Shown here: one piece after another, positions 25,501-40,500 of the stretch
Position numbering within the stretch: the first letter of the stretch is position 1
Layout of the letters: every line of letters starts with the position of its first letter
Source of the DNA: Nemertoderma westbladi
Taxonomy: Eukaryota; Animalia; Xenacoelomorpha
Length of the DNA: 54,245 nucleotides
Direction: 5' to 3'
Assembly (NCBI GenBank): GCA_032718475.1
Contig: JAUCBJ010000349.1
Span: 1-54,245, forward strand
Program-made: the position numbers and the translations under genes
The notes under the pieces: model-generated
The model's database searches: none
Seen by the model: only the letters and a program-made list of their open reading frames with translations
Told to the model about the DNA's origin: nothing

Positions 25501-28500
25501 TAATGCTGTGCATTGGTTAATCTCTGACACAATATGCTGTCCATTGGTTAGTCTCTGTCACGTGGTATGCTGTCCATTGGTTAATCTCTGCCACAGTAAT
25601 GCTGTGCATTGGTTAATCTCTGTCACAGTAATGCTGTCCATTGGTTAATCTCTGACACAATATGCTGTCCATTGGTTAGTCTCTGTCACGTGGTATGCTG
25701 TGCATTGGTTAATATCTGCCACAGTAATGCTGTCCATTGGTTAATCTCTGCCACAGTAATGCTGTGCATTGGTTAATCTATGTCACAGTAATGCTGTCAA
25801 TTGGTTAATCTCTGCCACGTGGTATGCTGTGCATTGGTTAATCTCTGCCAGAGTAATGCTGTGCATTGGTTAGTCTCTGCCACGTAGTATGCTGTGCATT
25901 GGTTAATCTATGTCATAGTAATGCTATGCATTGGTTAATCTCTGTCACAGTAATGCTGTCCGTGTCCATTGGTTAATCTCTGTCACAGTAATGCTGTGCA
26001 TTGGTTAATCTCTGCCACGTGGTATGCTGTGCATTGGTTAATCTCTGCCACAGAAATGCTGTGCATTGGTTAATCTCTGTCACAGTAATGCTGTCCATTG
26101 GTTAATCTCTATCACGCGGTATGCTGTGCATTGGTTAATCTCTATCACGCGGTATGTTGTGCATTGGTTAGTTTCTGCCACGTGGTATGCTGTGCATTGG
26201 TTAGTCTGTCACGTGGTATGCTGTGCATTGGTTCATCTCTGCCACGTGGTATGCTGTGCATTGGTTAGTCTCTGCCACGTGGTATTCTGTGCATTGGTTA
26301 ATATGTCACGTGGTATGCTGTGCATTGGTTAATCTCTGCCACAGTAATGCTGAGCATTGGTTAATCTCTGCCACAGTAATTCTGTGCATTGGTTAATTTC
26401 TGCCACAGTATTGCTGTCCATTGGTTAATCTATGTCATAGTAATTCTGTCCATTGGTTAATCTCTGACACAGTAATGCTGTCCATTGGTTAATCTCTGAC
26501 ACAGTAATGCTGTCCATTGGTTAATCTCTGCCACAGTAATGCTGTCCATTGGTTAATCTCTGTCACAGTAATGCTGTCCATTGGTTAATCTCTGACACAG
26601 TAATGCTGTCCATTGGTTAATCTCTGACACAGTAATGCTGTCCATTGGTTAATCTCTGCCACAGTAATGCTGTCCATTGGTTAATCTATGTCATAGTAAT
26701 GCTGTCCATTGGTTAAGCTCTGACACAGTAATGCTGTCCATTGGTTAATCTCTGACACAGTAATGCTGTCCATTGGTTAATCTCTGTCACAGTAATGCTG
26801 TCCAATGGTTAATCTCTGCCACAGTAATGCTGTCCATTGGTTAATCTCTGCCACGTGGTATGCTGTGCATTGGTTAATCTCTGCCACAGTAATGCTGTCC
26901 ATTGGTTAATCTCTGACACAGTAATGCTGTGCATTGGTTAATATCTGCCACAGTAATGCTGTCCATTGGTTAATCTCTGCCACAGTAATGCTGTGCATTG
27001 GTTAATCTCTGTCACAGTAATGCTGTCCATTGGTTAATCTCTGTCACAGTAATGCTGTGCATTGGTTAATCTCTGCCACGTGGTATGCTGTGCATTGGTT
27101 AATCTCTGCCACAGTAATGCTGTGCATTGGTTAATCTCTGTCACAGTAATGCTGTGCATTGGTTAATCTCTGACACAGTAATGCTGTGCATTGGTTAATC
27201 TCTGCCACGTGGTATGCTGTGCATTGGTTAGTTTCTGCCACGTGGTATGCTGTGCATTGGTTAATCTCTGTCACAGTAATGATGTCCATTGGTTAATCTA
27301 TGACACAGTAATGCTGTGCATTGGTTAATCTCTGACACAATATGCTGTCCATTGGTTAGTCTCTGTCACGTGGTATGCTGTGCATTGGTTAATATCTGCC
27401 ACAGTAATGCTGTCCATTGGTTAATATCTGCCACAGTAATGCTGTCCATTGGTTAATCTCTGCCACAGTAATGCTGTGCATTGGTTAATCTATGTCACAG
27501 TAATGCTGTCCATTGGTTAATCTCTGTCACAGTAATGCTGTCAATTGGTTAATCTCTGCCACGTGGTATGCTGTGCATTGGTTAATCTCTATCACGCGGT
27601 ATGCTGTGCATTGGTTAGTCTCTGTCACGTGGTATGCTGTGCATTGGTTAATATCTGCCACAGTAATGCTGTCCATTGGTTAATCTCTGTCACAGTAATG
27701 CTGTCAATTGGTTAATCTCTGCCACGTGGTATGCTGTGCATTGGTTAGTCTGTCACGTGGTATGTTGTGCATTGGTTAATCTCTATCACGCGGTATGCTG
27801 TGCATTGGTTAGTCTCTGTCACGTGGTATGCTGTGCATTGGTTAATATCTGCCACAGTAATGCTGTCCATTGGTTAATCTCTGTCACAGTAATGCTGTCA
27901 ATTGGTTAATCTCTGCCACGTGGTATGCTGTGCATTGGTTAGTCTGTCACGTGGTATGCTGTGCATTGGTTAATCTCTGACACAATATGCTGTCCATTGG
28001 TTAGTCTCTGTCACGTGGTATGCTGTGCATTGGTTAATATCTGCCACAGTAATGCTGTCCATTGGTTAATCTCTGCCACAGTAATGCTGTCCATTGGTTA
28101 ATCTCTGCCACAGTAATGCTGTCCATTGGTTAATCTCTGACACAGTAATGCTGTCCATTGGTTAATCTCTGCCACAGTAATGCTGTCCATTGGTTAATCT
28201 CTGACACAGTAATGCTGTCCATTGGTTAATCTCTGACACAGTAATGCTGTGCTTTGGTTAATCTATGTCACAGTAATGCTGTCCATTGGTTAATCTCTGT
28301 CACAGTAATGCTGTCAATTGGTTAATCTCTGCCACGTGGTATGCTGTGCATTGGTTAATCTCTGACACAGTAATGCTGTCCATTGGTTAATCTCTGTCAC
28401 AGTAATGCTGTGCATTGGATAATCTCTGCCACGTAGTATGCTGTGCATTGGTTAATCTCTATCACGCGGTATGCTGTGCATTGGTTAATCTCTGCCACAG

Positions 28501-31500
28501 TAATGCTGTGCATTGGTTAATCTCTGACACAGTAATGCTGTCCATTGGTTAATCTCTGCCACAGTAATGCTGTCCATTGGTTAATCTCTGACACAGTAAT
28601 GCTGTCCATTGGTTAATCTCTGCCACAGTAATGCTGTCCATTGGTTAATCTCTGACACAGTAATGCTGTCCATTGGTTAATCTCTGCCACAGTAATGCTG
28701 TGCATTGGTTAATCTCTGTCACAGTAATGCTGTCCATTGGTTAATCTCTGCCACAGTAATGCTGTGCATTGGTTAATCTCTGCCACAGTAATGCTGTGCA
28801 TTGGTTAATCTCTGACACAATATGCTGTCCATTGGTTAGTCTCTGTCACGTGGTATGCTGTCCATTGGTTAATCTCTGCCACAGTAATGCTGTGCATTGG
28901 TTAATCTCTGTCACAGTAATGCTGTCCATTGGTTAATCTCTGACACAATATGCTGTCCATTGGTTAGTCTCTGTCACGTGGTATGCTGTGCATTGGTTAA
29001 TATCTGCCACAGTAATGCTGTCCATTGGTTAATCTCTGCCACAGTAATGCTGTGCATTGGTTAATCTATCTGTGCATTGGTTAATCTCTGACACAATATG
29101 CTGTCCATTGGTTAGTCTCTGTCACGTGGTATGCTGTCCATTGGTTAATCTCTGCCACAGTAATGCTGTGCATTGGTTAATCTCTGTCACAGTAATGCTG
29201 TCCATTGGTTAATCTCTGACACAATATGCTGTCCATTGGTTAGTCTCTGTCACGTGGTATGCTGTGCATTGGTTAATATCTGCCACAGTAATGCTGTCCA
29301 TTGGTTAATCTCTGCCACAGTAATGCTGTGCATTGGTTAATCTATGTCACAGTAATACTGTCCATTGGTTAATCTCTGTCACAGTAATGCTGTCAATTGG
29401 TTAATCTCTGCCACGTGGTATGCTGTGCATTGGTTAATCTCTGCCAGAGTAATGCTGTGCATTGGTTAGTCTCTGCCACGTAGTATGCTGTGCATTGGTT
29501 AATCTCTATCACGCGGTATGCTGTGCATTGGTTAATCTCTATCACGCGGTATGTTGTGCATTGGTTAATCTATGTCATAGTAATTCTGTGCATTGGTTAA
29601 TCTCTGCCACAGTAATGCTGTGCATTGGTTAATCTCTGCCACAGTAATGCTGAGCATTGGTTAGTCTCTGCCACGTGGTATGCTGTGCATTGGTTAGTCT
29701 GTCACGTGGTATGCTGTGCATTGGTTCATCTCTGCCACGTGGTATGCTGTGCATTGCTTAGTCTGTCACGTGGTATGCTGTGCATTGGTTAATATCTGCC
29801 ACAGTAATGCTGTGCATTGGTTAGTCTCTGCCACGTGGTATTCTGTGCATTGGTTAATATGTCACGTGGTATGCTGTGCATTGGTTAATCTCTGCCACAG
29901 TAATGCTGAGCATTGGTTAGTCTCTGCCACGTGGTATGCTGTGCATTGGTTAGTCTGTCACGTGGTATGCTGTGCATTGGTTCATCTCTGCCACGTGGTA
30001 TGCTGTGCATTGGTTAGTCTCTGCCACGTGGTATGCTGTGCATTGGTTAGTCTGTCACGTGGTATGCTGTGCATTGGTTAATATCTGCCACAGTAATGCT
30101 GTGCATTGGATAATCTCTGCCACAGTAATGCTGACCATTCGTTAGTCTCTGTCACGTGGTATGCTGTGCATTGGTTAATCTCTGCCACAGTATTGCTGTG
30201 CATTGGTTAATCTCTGCCACAGTAATGCTGTGCATTGGTTAATCTCTGCCACAGTAATGCTGTGCATTGGATAATCTCTGCCACAGTAATGCTGACCATT
30301 GGTTAGTCTCTGTCACGTGGTATGCTGTGCATTGGTTAATCTCTGCCACAGTATTGCTGTGCATTGGTTAATCTCTGCCACAGTAATGCTGTCCATTGGT
30401 TAATCTCTGCCACAGTAATGCTGTCCATTGGTTAATCTCTGCCACAGTAATGCTGACCATTGGTTAGTCTCTGTCACGTGGTATGCTGTGCATTGGATAA
30501 TCTCTGCCACAGTAATGCTGACCATTGGTTAGTCTCTGCCACGTGGTATGCTGTGCATTGGTTAGTCTGTCACGTGGTATGCTGTGCATTGGTTAATATC
30601 TGCCACAGTAATGCTGTGCATTGGATAATCTCTGCCACAGTAATGCTGACCATTGGTTAGTCTCTGTCACGTGGTATGTTGTGCATTGGATAATCTCTGC
30701 CACAGTAATGCTGACCATTGGTTAATCTCTGACACAGTAATGCTGTGCATTGGATAATCTCTGCCACAGTAATGCTGACCATTGGTTAGTCTCTGTCACG
30801 TGGTATGCTGTGCATTGGTTAATCTCTGTCACAGTAATGCTGTCCATTGGTTAATCTCTGCCACAGTAATGCTGTCCATTGGTTAATCTCTGACAAAGTA
30901 ATGCTGTCCATTGGTTAGTCTCTGCCACGTGGTATGCTGTGCATTGGTTAGTCTGTCACGTGGTATGCTGTGCATTGGTTCATCTCTGCCACGTGGTATG
31001 CTGTGCATTGGTTAGTCTCTGCCACGTGGTATGCTGTGCATTGGTTAGTCTGTCACGTGGTATGCTGTGCATTGGTTAATATCTGCCACAGTAATGCTGT
31101 GCATTGGATAATCTCTGCCACAGTAATGCTGACCATTCGTTAGTCTCTGTCACGTGGTATGCTGTGCATTGGTTAATCTCTGCCACAGTATTGCTGTGCA
31201 TTGGTTAATCTCTGCCACAGTAATGCTGTGCATTGGTTAATCTCTGCCACAGTAATGCTGTGCATTGGATAATCTCTGCCACAGTAATGCTGACCATTGG
31301 TTAGTCTCTGTCACGTGGTATGCTGTGCATTGGTTAATCTCTGCCACAGTATTGCTGTGCATTGGTTAATCTCTGCCACAGTAATGCTGTCCATTGGTTA
31401 ATCTCTGCCACAGTAATGCTGTCCATTGGTTAATCTCTGCCACAGTAATGCTGACCATTGGTTAGTCTCTGTCACGTGGTATGCTGTGCATTGGATAATC

Positions 31501-34500
31501 TCTGCCACAGTAATGCTGACCATTGGTTAGTCTCTGCCACGTGGTATGCTGTGCATTGGTTAGTCTGTCACGTGGTATGCTGTGCATTGGTTAATATCTG
31601 CCACAGTAATGCTGTGCATTGGATAATCTCTGCCACAGTAATGCTGACCATTGGTTAGTCTCTGTCACGTGGTATGTTGTGCATTGGATAATCTCTGCCA
31701 CAGTAATGCTGACCATTGGTTAGTCTCTGTCACGTGGTATGCTGTGCATTGGTTAATCTCTGTCACAGTAATGCTGTCCATTGGTTAATCTCTGCCACAG
31801 TAATGCTGTCCATTGGTTAATCTCTGACAAAGTAATGCTGTCCATTGGTTAATCTCTGCCACAGTAATGCTGTCCATTGGTTAATCTCTGACAAAGTAAT
31901 GCTGTCCATTGGTTAATCTCTGCCACAGTAATGCTGCCCATTGGTTAGTCTGTCACGTGGTATGCTGTGCATTGGATAATCTCTGCCACAGTAATGCTGA
32001 GCATTGGTTAGTCTCTGTCACGTGGTATGCTGTGCATTGGTTAATCTCTGTCACAGTAATGCTGTGCATTGGTTAATCTCTGCCACAGTAATGCTGCCCA
32101 TTGGTTAGTCTGTCACGTGGTATGCTGTGCATTGGTTAATCTCTGCCACAGTAACGCTGCGCATTGGTTAGTCTGTCACGTGGTATGCTGTGCATTGGAT
32201 AATCTCTGCCACAGTAATGCTGTCCATTGGTTAGTCTCTGCCACGTGGTATGCTGTGCATTGGTTAGTTTCTGCCACGTGGTATGCTGTGCATTGGTTAA
32301 TCTCTGTCACAGTAATGCTGTGCATTGGTTAATCTCTGCCACAGTAATGCTGCCCATTGGTTAGTCTGTCACGTGGTATGCTGTGCATTGGTTAATCTCT
32401 GCCACAGTAACGCTGCGCATTGGTTAGTCTGTCACGTGGTATGCTGTGCATTGGATAATCTCTGACAAAGTAATGCTGTCCATTGGTTAATCTCTGCCAC
32501 AGTAATGCTGCCCATTGGTTAGTTTCTGCCACGTGGTATGCTGTGCATTGGTTAATCTCTGTCACAGTAATGCTGTGCATTGGTTAATCTCTGCCACAGT
32601 AATGCTGCCCATTGGTTAGTCTGTCACGTGGTATGCTGTGCATTGGATAATCTCTGCCACAGTAATGCTGTCCATTGGTTAGTCTCTGCCACGTGGTATG
32701 CTGTGCATTGGTTAATCTGTCACGTGGTATGCAGTGCATTGGTTAATATCTGCCACAGTAATGCTGTGCATTGCTTAGTCTGTCACGTGGTATGATGTGC
32801 TTTGGTTAGTCTCTGCCACAGTAATGCTGTGCATTGCTTAGTCTGTCACGTGGTATGCTGTGCATTGGTTAGTCTGTCACGTGGTATGCTGTGCATTGGT
32901 TAATATCTGCCACAGTAATGCTGAGCATTGGTTAGTCTCTGCCACGTGGTATGCTGTGCATTGGTTAGTCTGTCACGTGGTATGCTGTGCATTGGTTAAT
33001 CTGTCACGTGGTATGCAGTGCATTGGTTAATATCTGCCACAGTAATGCTGTGCATTGCTTAGTCTGTCACGTGGTATGATGTGCTTTGGTTAGTCTCTGC
33101 CACAGTAATGCTGTGCATTGCTTAGTCTGTCACGTGGTATGCTGTGCATTGGTTAGTCTGTCACGTGGTATGCTGTGCATTGGTTAATCTCTGCCACAGT
33201 AACGCTGCGCATTGGTTAGTCTCTGCCACGTGGTATGCTGTGCATTGGTTAGTCTGTCACGTGGTATGCAGTGCATTGGTTAATATCTGCCACAGTAATG
33301 CTGTGCATTGCTTAGTCTGTCACGTGGTATGCTGTGCATTGGTTAATCTCTGCCACAGTAACGCTGCGCATTGGTTAGTCTCTGCCACGTGGTATGCTGT
33401 GCATTGGTTAGTCTGTCACGTGGTATGCAGTGCATTGGTTAATATCTGCCACAGTAATGCTGTGCATTGCTTAGTCTGTCACGTGGTATGCTGTGCATTG
33501 GTTAGTCTGTCACGTGGTATGTTGTGCATTGGATAATCTCTGCCACAGTAATGCTGACCATTGGTTAATCTCTGACACAGTAATGCTGTGCATTGGATAA
33601 TCTCTGCCACAGTAATGCTGACCATTGGTTAGTCTCTGTCACGTGGTATGCTGTGCATTGGTTAATCTCTGTCACAGTAATGCTGTCCATTGGTTAATCT
33701 CTGCCACAGTAATGCTGTCCATTGGTTAATCTCTGACAAAGTAATGCTGTCCATTGGTTAGTCTCTGCCACGTGGTATGCTGTGCATTGGTTAGTCTGTC
33801 ACGTGGTATGCTGTGCATTGGTTCATCTCTGCCACGTGGTATGCTGTGCATTGGTTAGTCTCTGCCACGTGGTATGCTGTGCATTGGTTAGTCTGTCACG
33901 TGGTATGCTGTGCATTGGTTAATATCTGCCACAGTAATGCTGTGCATTGGATAATCTCTGCCACAGTAATGCTGACCATTCGTTAGTCTCTGTCACGTGG
34001 TATGCTGTGCATTGGTTAATCTCTGCCACAGTATTGCTGTGCATTGGTTAATCTCTGCCACAGTAATGCTGTGCATTGGTTAATCTCTGCCACAGTAATG
34101 CTGTGCATTGGATAATCTCTGCCACAGTAATGCTGACCATTGGTTAGTCTCTGTCACGTGGTATGCTGTGCATTGGTTAATCTCTGCCACAGTATTGCTG
34201 TGCATTGGTTAATCTCTGCCACAGTAATGCTGTCCATTGGTTAATCTCTGCCACAGTAATGCTGTCCATTGGTTAATCTCTGCCACAGTAATGCTGACCA
34301 TTGGTTAGTCTCTGTCACGTGGTATGCTGTGCATTGGATAATCTCTGCCACAGTAATGCTGACCATTGGTTAGTCTCTGCCACGTGGTATGCTGTGCATT
34401 GGTTAGTCTGTCACGTGGTATGCTGTGCATTGGTTAATATCTGCCACAGTAATGCTGTGCATTGGATAATCTCTGCCACAGTAATGCTGACCATTGGTTA

Positions 34501-37500
34501 GTCTCTGTCACGTGGTATGTTGTGCATTGGATAATCTCTGCCACAGTAATGCTGACCATTGGTTAGTCTCTGTCACGTGGTATGCTGTGCATTGGTTAAT
34601 CTCTGTCACAGTAATGCTGTCCATTGGTTAATCTCTGCCACAGTAATGCTGTCCATTGGTTAATCTCTGACAAAGTAATGCTGTCCATTGGTTAATCTCT
34701 GCCACAGTAATGCTGTCCATTGGTTAATCTCTGACAAAGTAATGCTGTCCATTGGTTAATCTCTGCCACAGTAATGCTGCCCATTGGTTAGTCTGTCACG
34801 TGGTATGCTGTGCATTGGATAATCTCTGCCACAGTAATGCTGAGCATTGGTTAGTCTCTGTCACGTGGTATGCTGTGCATTGGTTAATCTCTGTCACAGT
34901 AATGCTGTGCATTGGTTAATCTCTGCCACAGTAATGCTGCCCATTGGTTAGTCTGTCACGTGGTATGCTGTGCATTGGTTAATCTCTGCCACAGTAACGC
35001 TGCGCATTGGTTAGTCTGTCACGTGGTATGCTGTGCATTGGATAATCTCTGCCACAGTAATGCTGTCCATTGGTTAGTCTCTGCCACGTGGTATGCTGTG
35101 CATTGGTTAGTTTCTGCCACGTGGTATGCTGTGCATTGGTTAATCTCTGTCACAGTAATGCTGTGCATTGGTTAATCTCTGCCACAGTAATGCTGCCCAT
35201 TGGTTAGTCTGTCACGTGGTATGCTGTGCATTGGTTAATCTCTGCCACAGTAACGCTGCGCATTGGTTAGTCTGTCACGTGGTATGCTGTGCATTGGATA
35301 ATCTCTGACAAAGTAATGCTGTCCATTGGTTAATCTCTGCCACAGTAATGCTGCCCATTGGTTAGTTTCTGCCACGTGGTATGCTGTGCATTGGTTAATC
35401 TCTGTCACAGTAATGCTGTGCATTGGTTAATCTCTGCCACAGTAATGCTGCCCATTGGTTAGTCTGTCACGTGGTATGCTGTGCATTGGATAATCTCTGC
35501 CACAGTAATGCTGTCCATTGGTTAGTCTCTGCCACGTGGTATGCTGTGCATTGGTTAATCTGTCACGTGGTATGCAGTGCATTGGTTAATATCTGCCACA
35601 GTAATGCTGTGCATTGCTTAGTCTGTCACGTGGTATGATGTGCTTTGGTTAGTCTCTGCCACAGTAATGCTGTGCATTGCTTAGTCTGTCACGTGGTATG
35701 CTGTGCATTGGTTAGTCTGTCACGTGGTATGCTGTGCATTGGTTAATATCTGCCACAGTAATGCTGAGCATTGGTTAGTCTCTGCCACGTGGTATGCTGT
35801 GCATTGGTTAGTCTGTCACGTGGTATGCTGTGCATTGGTTAATCTGTCACGTGGTATGCAGTGCATTGGTTAATATCTGCCACAGTAATGCTGTGCATTG
35901 CTTAGTCTGTCACGTGGTATGATGTGCTTTGGTTAGTCTCTGCCACAGTAATGCTGTGCATTGCTTAGTCTGTCACGTGGTATGCTGTGCATTGGTTAGT
36001 CTGTCACGTGGTATGCTGTGCATTGGTTAATCTCTGCCACAGTAACGCTGCGCATTGGTTAGTCTCTGCCACGTGGTATGCTGTGCATTGGTTAGTCTGT
36101 CACGTGGTATGCAGTGCATTGGTTAATATCTGCCACAGTAATGCTGTGCATTGCTTAGTCTGTCACGTGGTATGCTGTGCATTGGTTAATCTCTGCCACA
36201 GTAACGCTGCGCATTGGTTAGTCTCTGCCACGTGGTATGCTGTGCATTGGTTAGTCTGTCACGTGGTATGCAGTGCATTGGTTAATATCTGCCACAGTAA
36301 TGCTGTGCATTGCTTAGTCTGTCACGTGGTATGCTGTGCATTGGTTAGTCTGTCACGTGGTATGCTGTGCATTGGTTAATCTCTGCCACAGTAACGCTGC
36401 GCATTGGTTAGTCTCTGCCACGTGGTATGCTGTGCATTGGTTAGTCTGTCACGTGGTATGCAGTGCATTGGTTAATATCTGCCACAGTAATGCTGTGCAT
36501 TGGTTAATCTCTGCCACAGTAACGCTGCGCATTGGTTAGTCTGTCACGTGGTATGCTGTGCATTGGTTAATATCTGCCACAGTAATGCTGTGCATTGCTT
36601 AGTCTGTCACGTGGTATGATGTGCTTTGGTTAGTCTCTGCCACAGTAATGCTGTGCATTGGTTAGTCTGTCACGTGGTATGATGTGCTTTGGTTAGTCTC
36701 TGCCACAGTAATGCTGTGCATTGCTTAGTCTGTCACGTGGTATGCTGTGCATTGGATAATCTCTGCCACAGTAACGCTGCGCATTGGTTAGTCTGTCACG
36801 TGGTATGATGTGCTTTGGTTAGTCTCTGCCACAGTAATGCTGTGCATTGCTTAGTCTGTCACGTGGTATGCTGTGCATTGGTTAATCTCTGCCACAGTAA
36901 TGCTGTGCATTGGTTAATCTCTGACACAGTAATGCTGTGCATTGGTTAATATCTGCCACAGTAATGCTGAGCATTGGTTAGTCTCTGCCACGTGGTATGC
37001 TGTGCATTGGTTAGTCTGTCAGGTGGTATGCTGTGCATTGGTTAATCTCTGCCACAGTAACGCTGCGCATTGGTTAGTCTGTCACGTGGTATGATGTGCT
37101 TTGGTTAGTCTCTGCCACAGTAATGCTGAGCATTGGTTAGTCTGTCACGTGGTATGCTGTGCATTGGTTAATCTCTGCCACAGTAATGCTGTCCATTGGT
37201 TAATCTCTGACACAGTAATGCTGTGCATTGGTTAATATCTGCCACAGTAATGCTGAGCATTGGTTAGTCTCTGCCACGTGGTATGCTGTGCATTGGTTAA
37301 TCTCTGCCACAGTAACGCTGCCCATTGGTTAGTCTGTCACGTGGTATGCAGTGCATTGGTTAATATCTGCCACAGTAATGCTGTGCATTGCTTAGTCTGT
37401 CACGTGGTATGATGTGCTTTGGTTAGTCTCTGCCACAGTAATGCTGTGCATTGCTTAGTCTGTCACGTGGTATGCTGTGCATTGGTTAATATCTGCCACA

Positions 37501-40500
37501 GTAATGCTGTGCATTGGTTAGTCTCTGCCACGTGGTATGCTGTGCATTGGTTAGTCTGTCACGTGGTATGCTGTGCATTGGTTAATATCTGCCACAGTAA
37601 TGCTGAGCATTGGTTAGTCTCTGCCACAGTAATGCTGTGCATTGGTTAATCTCTGCCACAGTAATGCTGCCCATTGGTTAGTCTGTCACGTGGTATGCTG
37701 TGCATTGGTTAGTCTGTCACGTGGTATGCTGTGCATTGGTTAATATCTGCCACAGTAATGCTGAGCATTGGTTAGTCTCTGCCACAGTAATGCTGTGCAT
37801 TGGTTAATCTCTGCCACAGTAATGCTGCCCATTGGTTAGTCTGTCACGTGGTATGCTGTGCATTGGTTAATCTCTGCCACAGTAATGCTGTGCATTGGTT
37901 AATCTCTGACACAGTAATGCTGTGCATTGGTTAATATCTGCCACAGTAATGCTGAGCATTGGTTAGTCTCTGCCACGTGGTATGCTGTGCATTGGTTAAT
38001 CTGTCACGTGGTATGCAGTGCATTGGTTAATATCTGCCACAGTAATGCTGTGCATTGCTTAGTCTGTCACGTGGTATGATGTGCTTTGGTTAGTCTCTGC
38101 CACAGTAATGCTGTGCATTGCTTAGTCTGTCACGTGGTATGCTGTGCATTGGTTAGTCTGTCACGTGGTATGCTGTGCATTGGTTAATATCTGCCACAGT
38201 AATGCTGAGCATTGGTTAGTCTCTGCCACGTGGTATGCTGTGCATTGGTTAATCTGTCACGTGGTATGCAGTGCATTGGTTAATATCTGCCACAGTAATG
38301 CTGTGCATTGCTTAGTCTGTCACGTGGTATGATGTGCTTTGGTTAGTCTCTGCCACAGTAATGCTGTGCATTGCTTAGTCTGCCACGTGGTATGCTGTGC
38401 ATTGGTTAATCTCTGCCACAGTAATGCTGTGCATTGGTTAATATCTGCCACAGTAATGCTGTCCATTGGTTAGTCTCTGCCACAGTAATGCTGTGCATTG
38501 GTTAATCTCTGCCACAGTAATGCTGCCCATTGGTTAGTCTGTCACGTGGTATGCTGTGCATTGGTTAATCTCTGCCACAGTAATGCTGTGCATTGGTTAA
38601 TCTCTGACACAGTAATGCTGTGCATTGGTTAATATCTGCCACAGTAATGCTGAGCATTGGTTAGTCTCTGCCACGTGGTATGCTGTGCATTGGTTAATCT
38701 GTCACGTGGTATGCAGTGCATTGGTTAATATCTGCCACAGTAATGCTGTGCATTGCTTAGTCTGTCACGTGGTATGATGTGCTTTGGTTAGTCTCTGCCA
38801 CAGTAATGCTGTGCATTGCTTAGTCTGTCACGTGGTATGCTGTGCATTGGTTAGTCTGTCACGTGGTATGCTGTGCATTGGTTAATATCTGCCACAGTAA
38901 TGCTGAGCATTGGTTAGTCTCTGCCACAGTAATGCTGTGCATTGGTTAATCTCTGCCACAGTAATGCTGCCCATTGGTTAGTCTGTCACGTGGTATGCTG
39001 TGCATTGGTTAATCTCTGCCACAGTAATGCTGTGCATTGGTTAATCTCTGACACAGTAATGCTGTGCATTGGTTAATATCTGCCACAGTAATGCTGAGCA
39101 TTGGTTAGTCTCTGCCACGTGGTATGCTGTGCATTGGTTAGTCTGTCACGTGGTATGCTGTGCATTGGTTAATCTCTGCCACAGTAACGCTGCGCATTGG
39201 TTAGTCTGTCACGTGGTATGATGTGCTTTGGTTAATCTCTGCCACAGTAACGCTGCCCATTGGTTAGTCTGTCACGTGGTATGCTGTGCATTGGTTAATC
39301 TCTGCCACAGTAACGCTGCGCATTGGTTAGTCTGTCACGTGGTATGATGTGCTTTGGTTAGTCTCTGCCACAGTAATGCTGTGCATTGCTTAGTCTGTCA
39401 CGTGGTATGCTGTGCATTGGTTAATCTCTGCCACAGTAATGCTGTGCATTGGTTAGTCTCTGCCACAGTAATGCTGCCCATTGGTTAGTCTGTCACGTGG
39501 TATGCTGTGCATTGGTTAATCTCTGCCACAGTAATGCTGCCCATTGGTTAGTCTGTCACGTGGTATGCTGTGCATTGGTTAATCTCTGCCACAGTAATGC
39601 TGTGCATTGGTTAGTCTCTGCCACAGTAATGCTGCCCATTGGTTAGTCTGTCACGTGGTATGATGTGCTTTGGTTAGTCTCTGCCACAGTAATGCTGCCC
39701 ATTGGTTAGTCTGTCACGTGGTATGCTGTGCATTGGATAATATCTGCCACAGTAATGCTGTGCATTGGTTAGTCTCTGCCACAGTAATGCTGCCCATTGG
39801 TTAGTCTGTCACGTGGTATGCTGTGCATTGGTTAATCTCTGCCACAGTAACGCTGCGCATTGGTTAGTCTGTCACGTGGTATGATGTGCTTTGGTTAGTC
39901 TCTGCCACAGTAATGCTGTGCATTGCTTAGTCTGTCACGTGGTATGCTGTGCATTGGTTAATCTCTGCCACAGTAATGCTGTGCATTGGTTAGTCTCTGC
40001 CACAGTAATGCTGCCCATTGGTTAGTCTGTCACGTGGTATGCTGTCCATTGGTTAATCTCTGCCACAGTAACGCTGCGCATTGGTTAGTCTGTCACGTGG
40101 TATGATGTGCTTTGGTTAGTCTCTGCCACAGTAATGCTGTGCATTGCTTAGTCTGTCACGTGGTATGCTGTGCATTGGTTAATCTCTGACACAGTAATGC
40201 TGTGCATTGGTTAATCTCTGCCACAGTAATGCTGCCCATTGGTTAGTCTGTCACGTGGTATGATGTGCTTTGGTTAGTCTCTGCCACAGTAATGCTGTGC
40301 ATTGCTTAGTCTGTCACGTGGTATGCTGTGCATTGGTTAATCTCTGCCACAGTAACGCTGCGCATTGGTTAGTCTGTCACGTGGTATGATGTGCTTTGGT
40401 TAGTCTCTGCCACAGTAATGCTGTGCATTGCTTAGTCTGTCACGTGGTATGCTGTGCATTGGTTAATCTCTGACACAGTAATGCTGTGCATTGGTTAGTC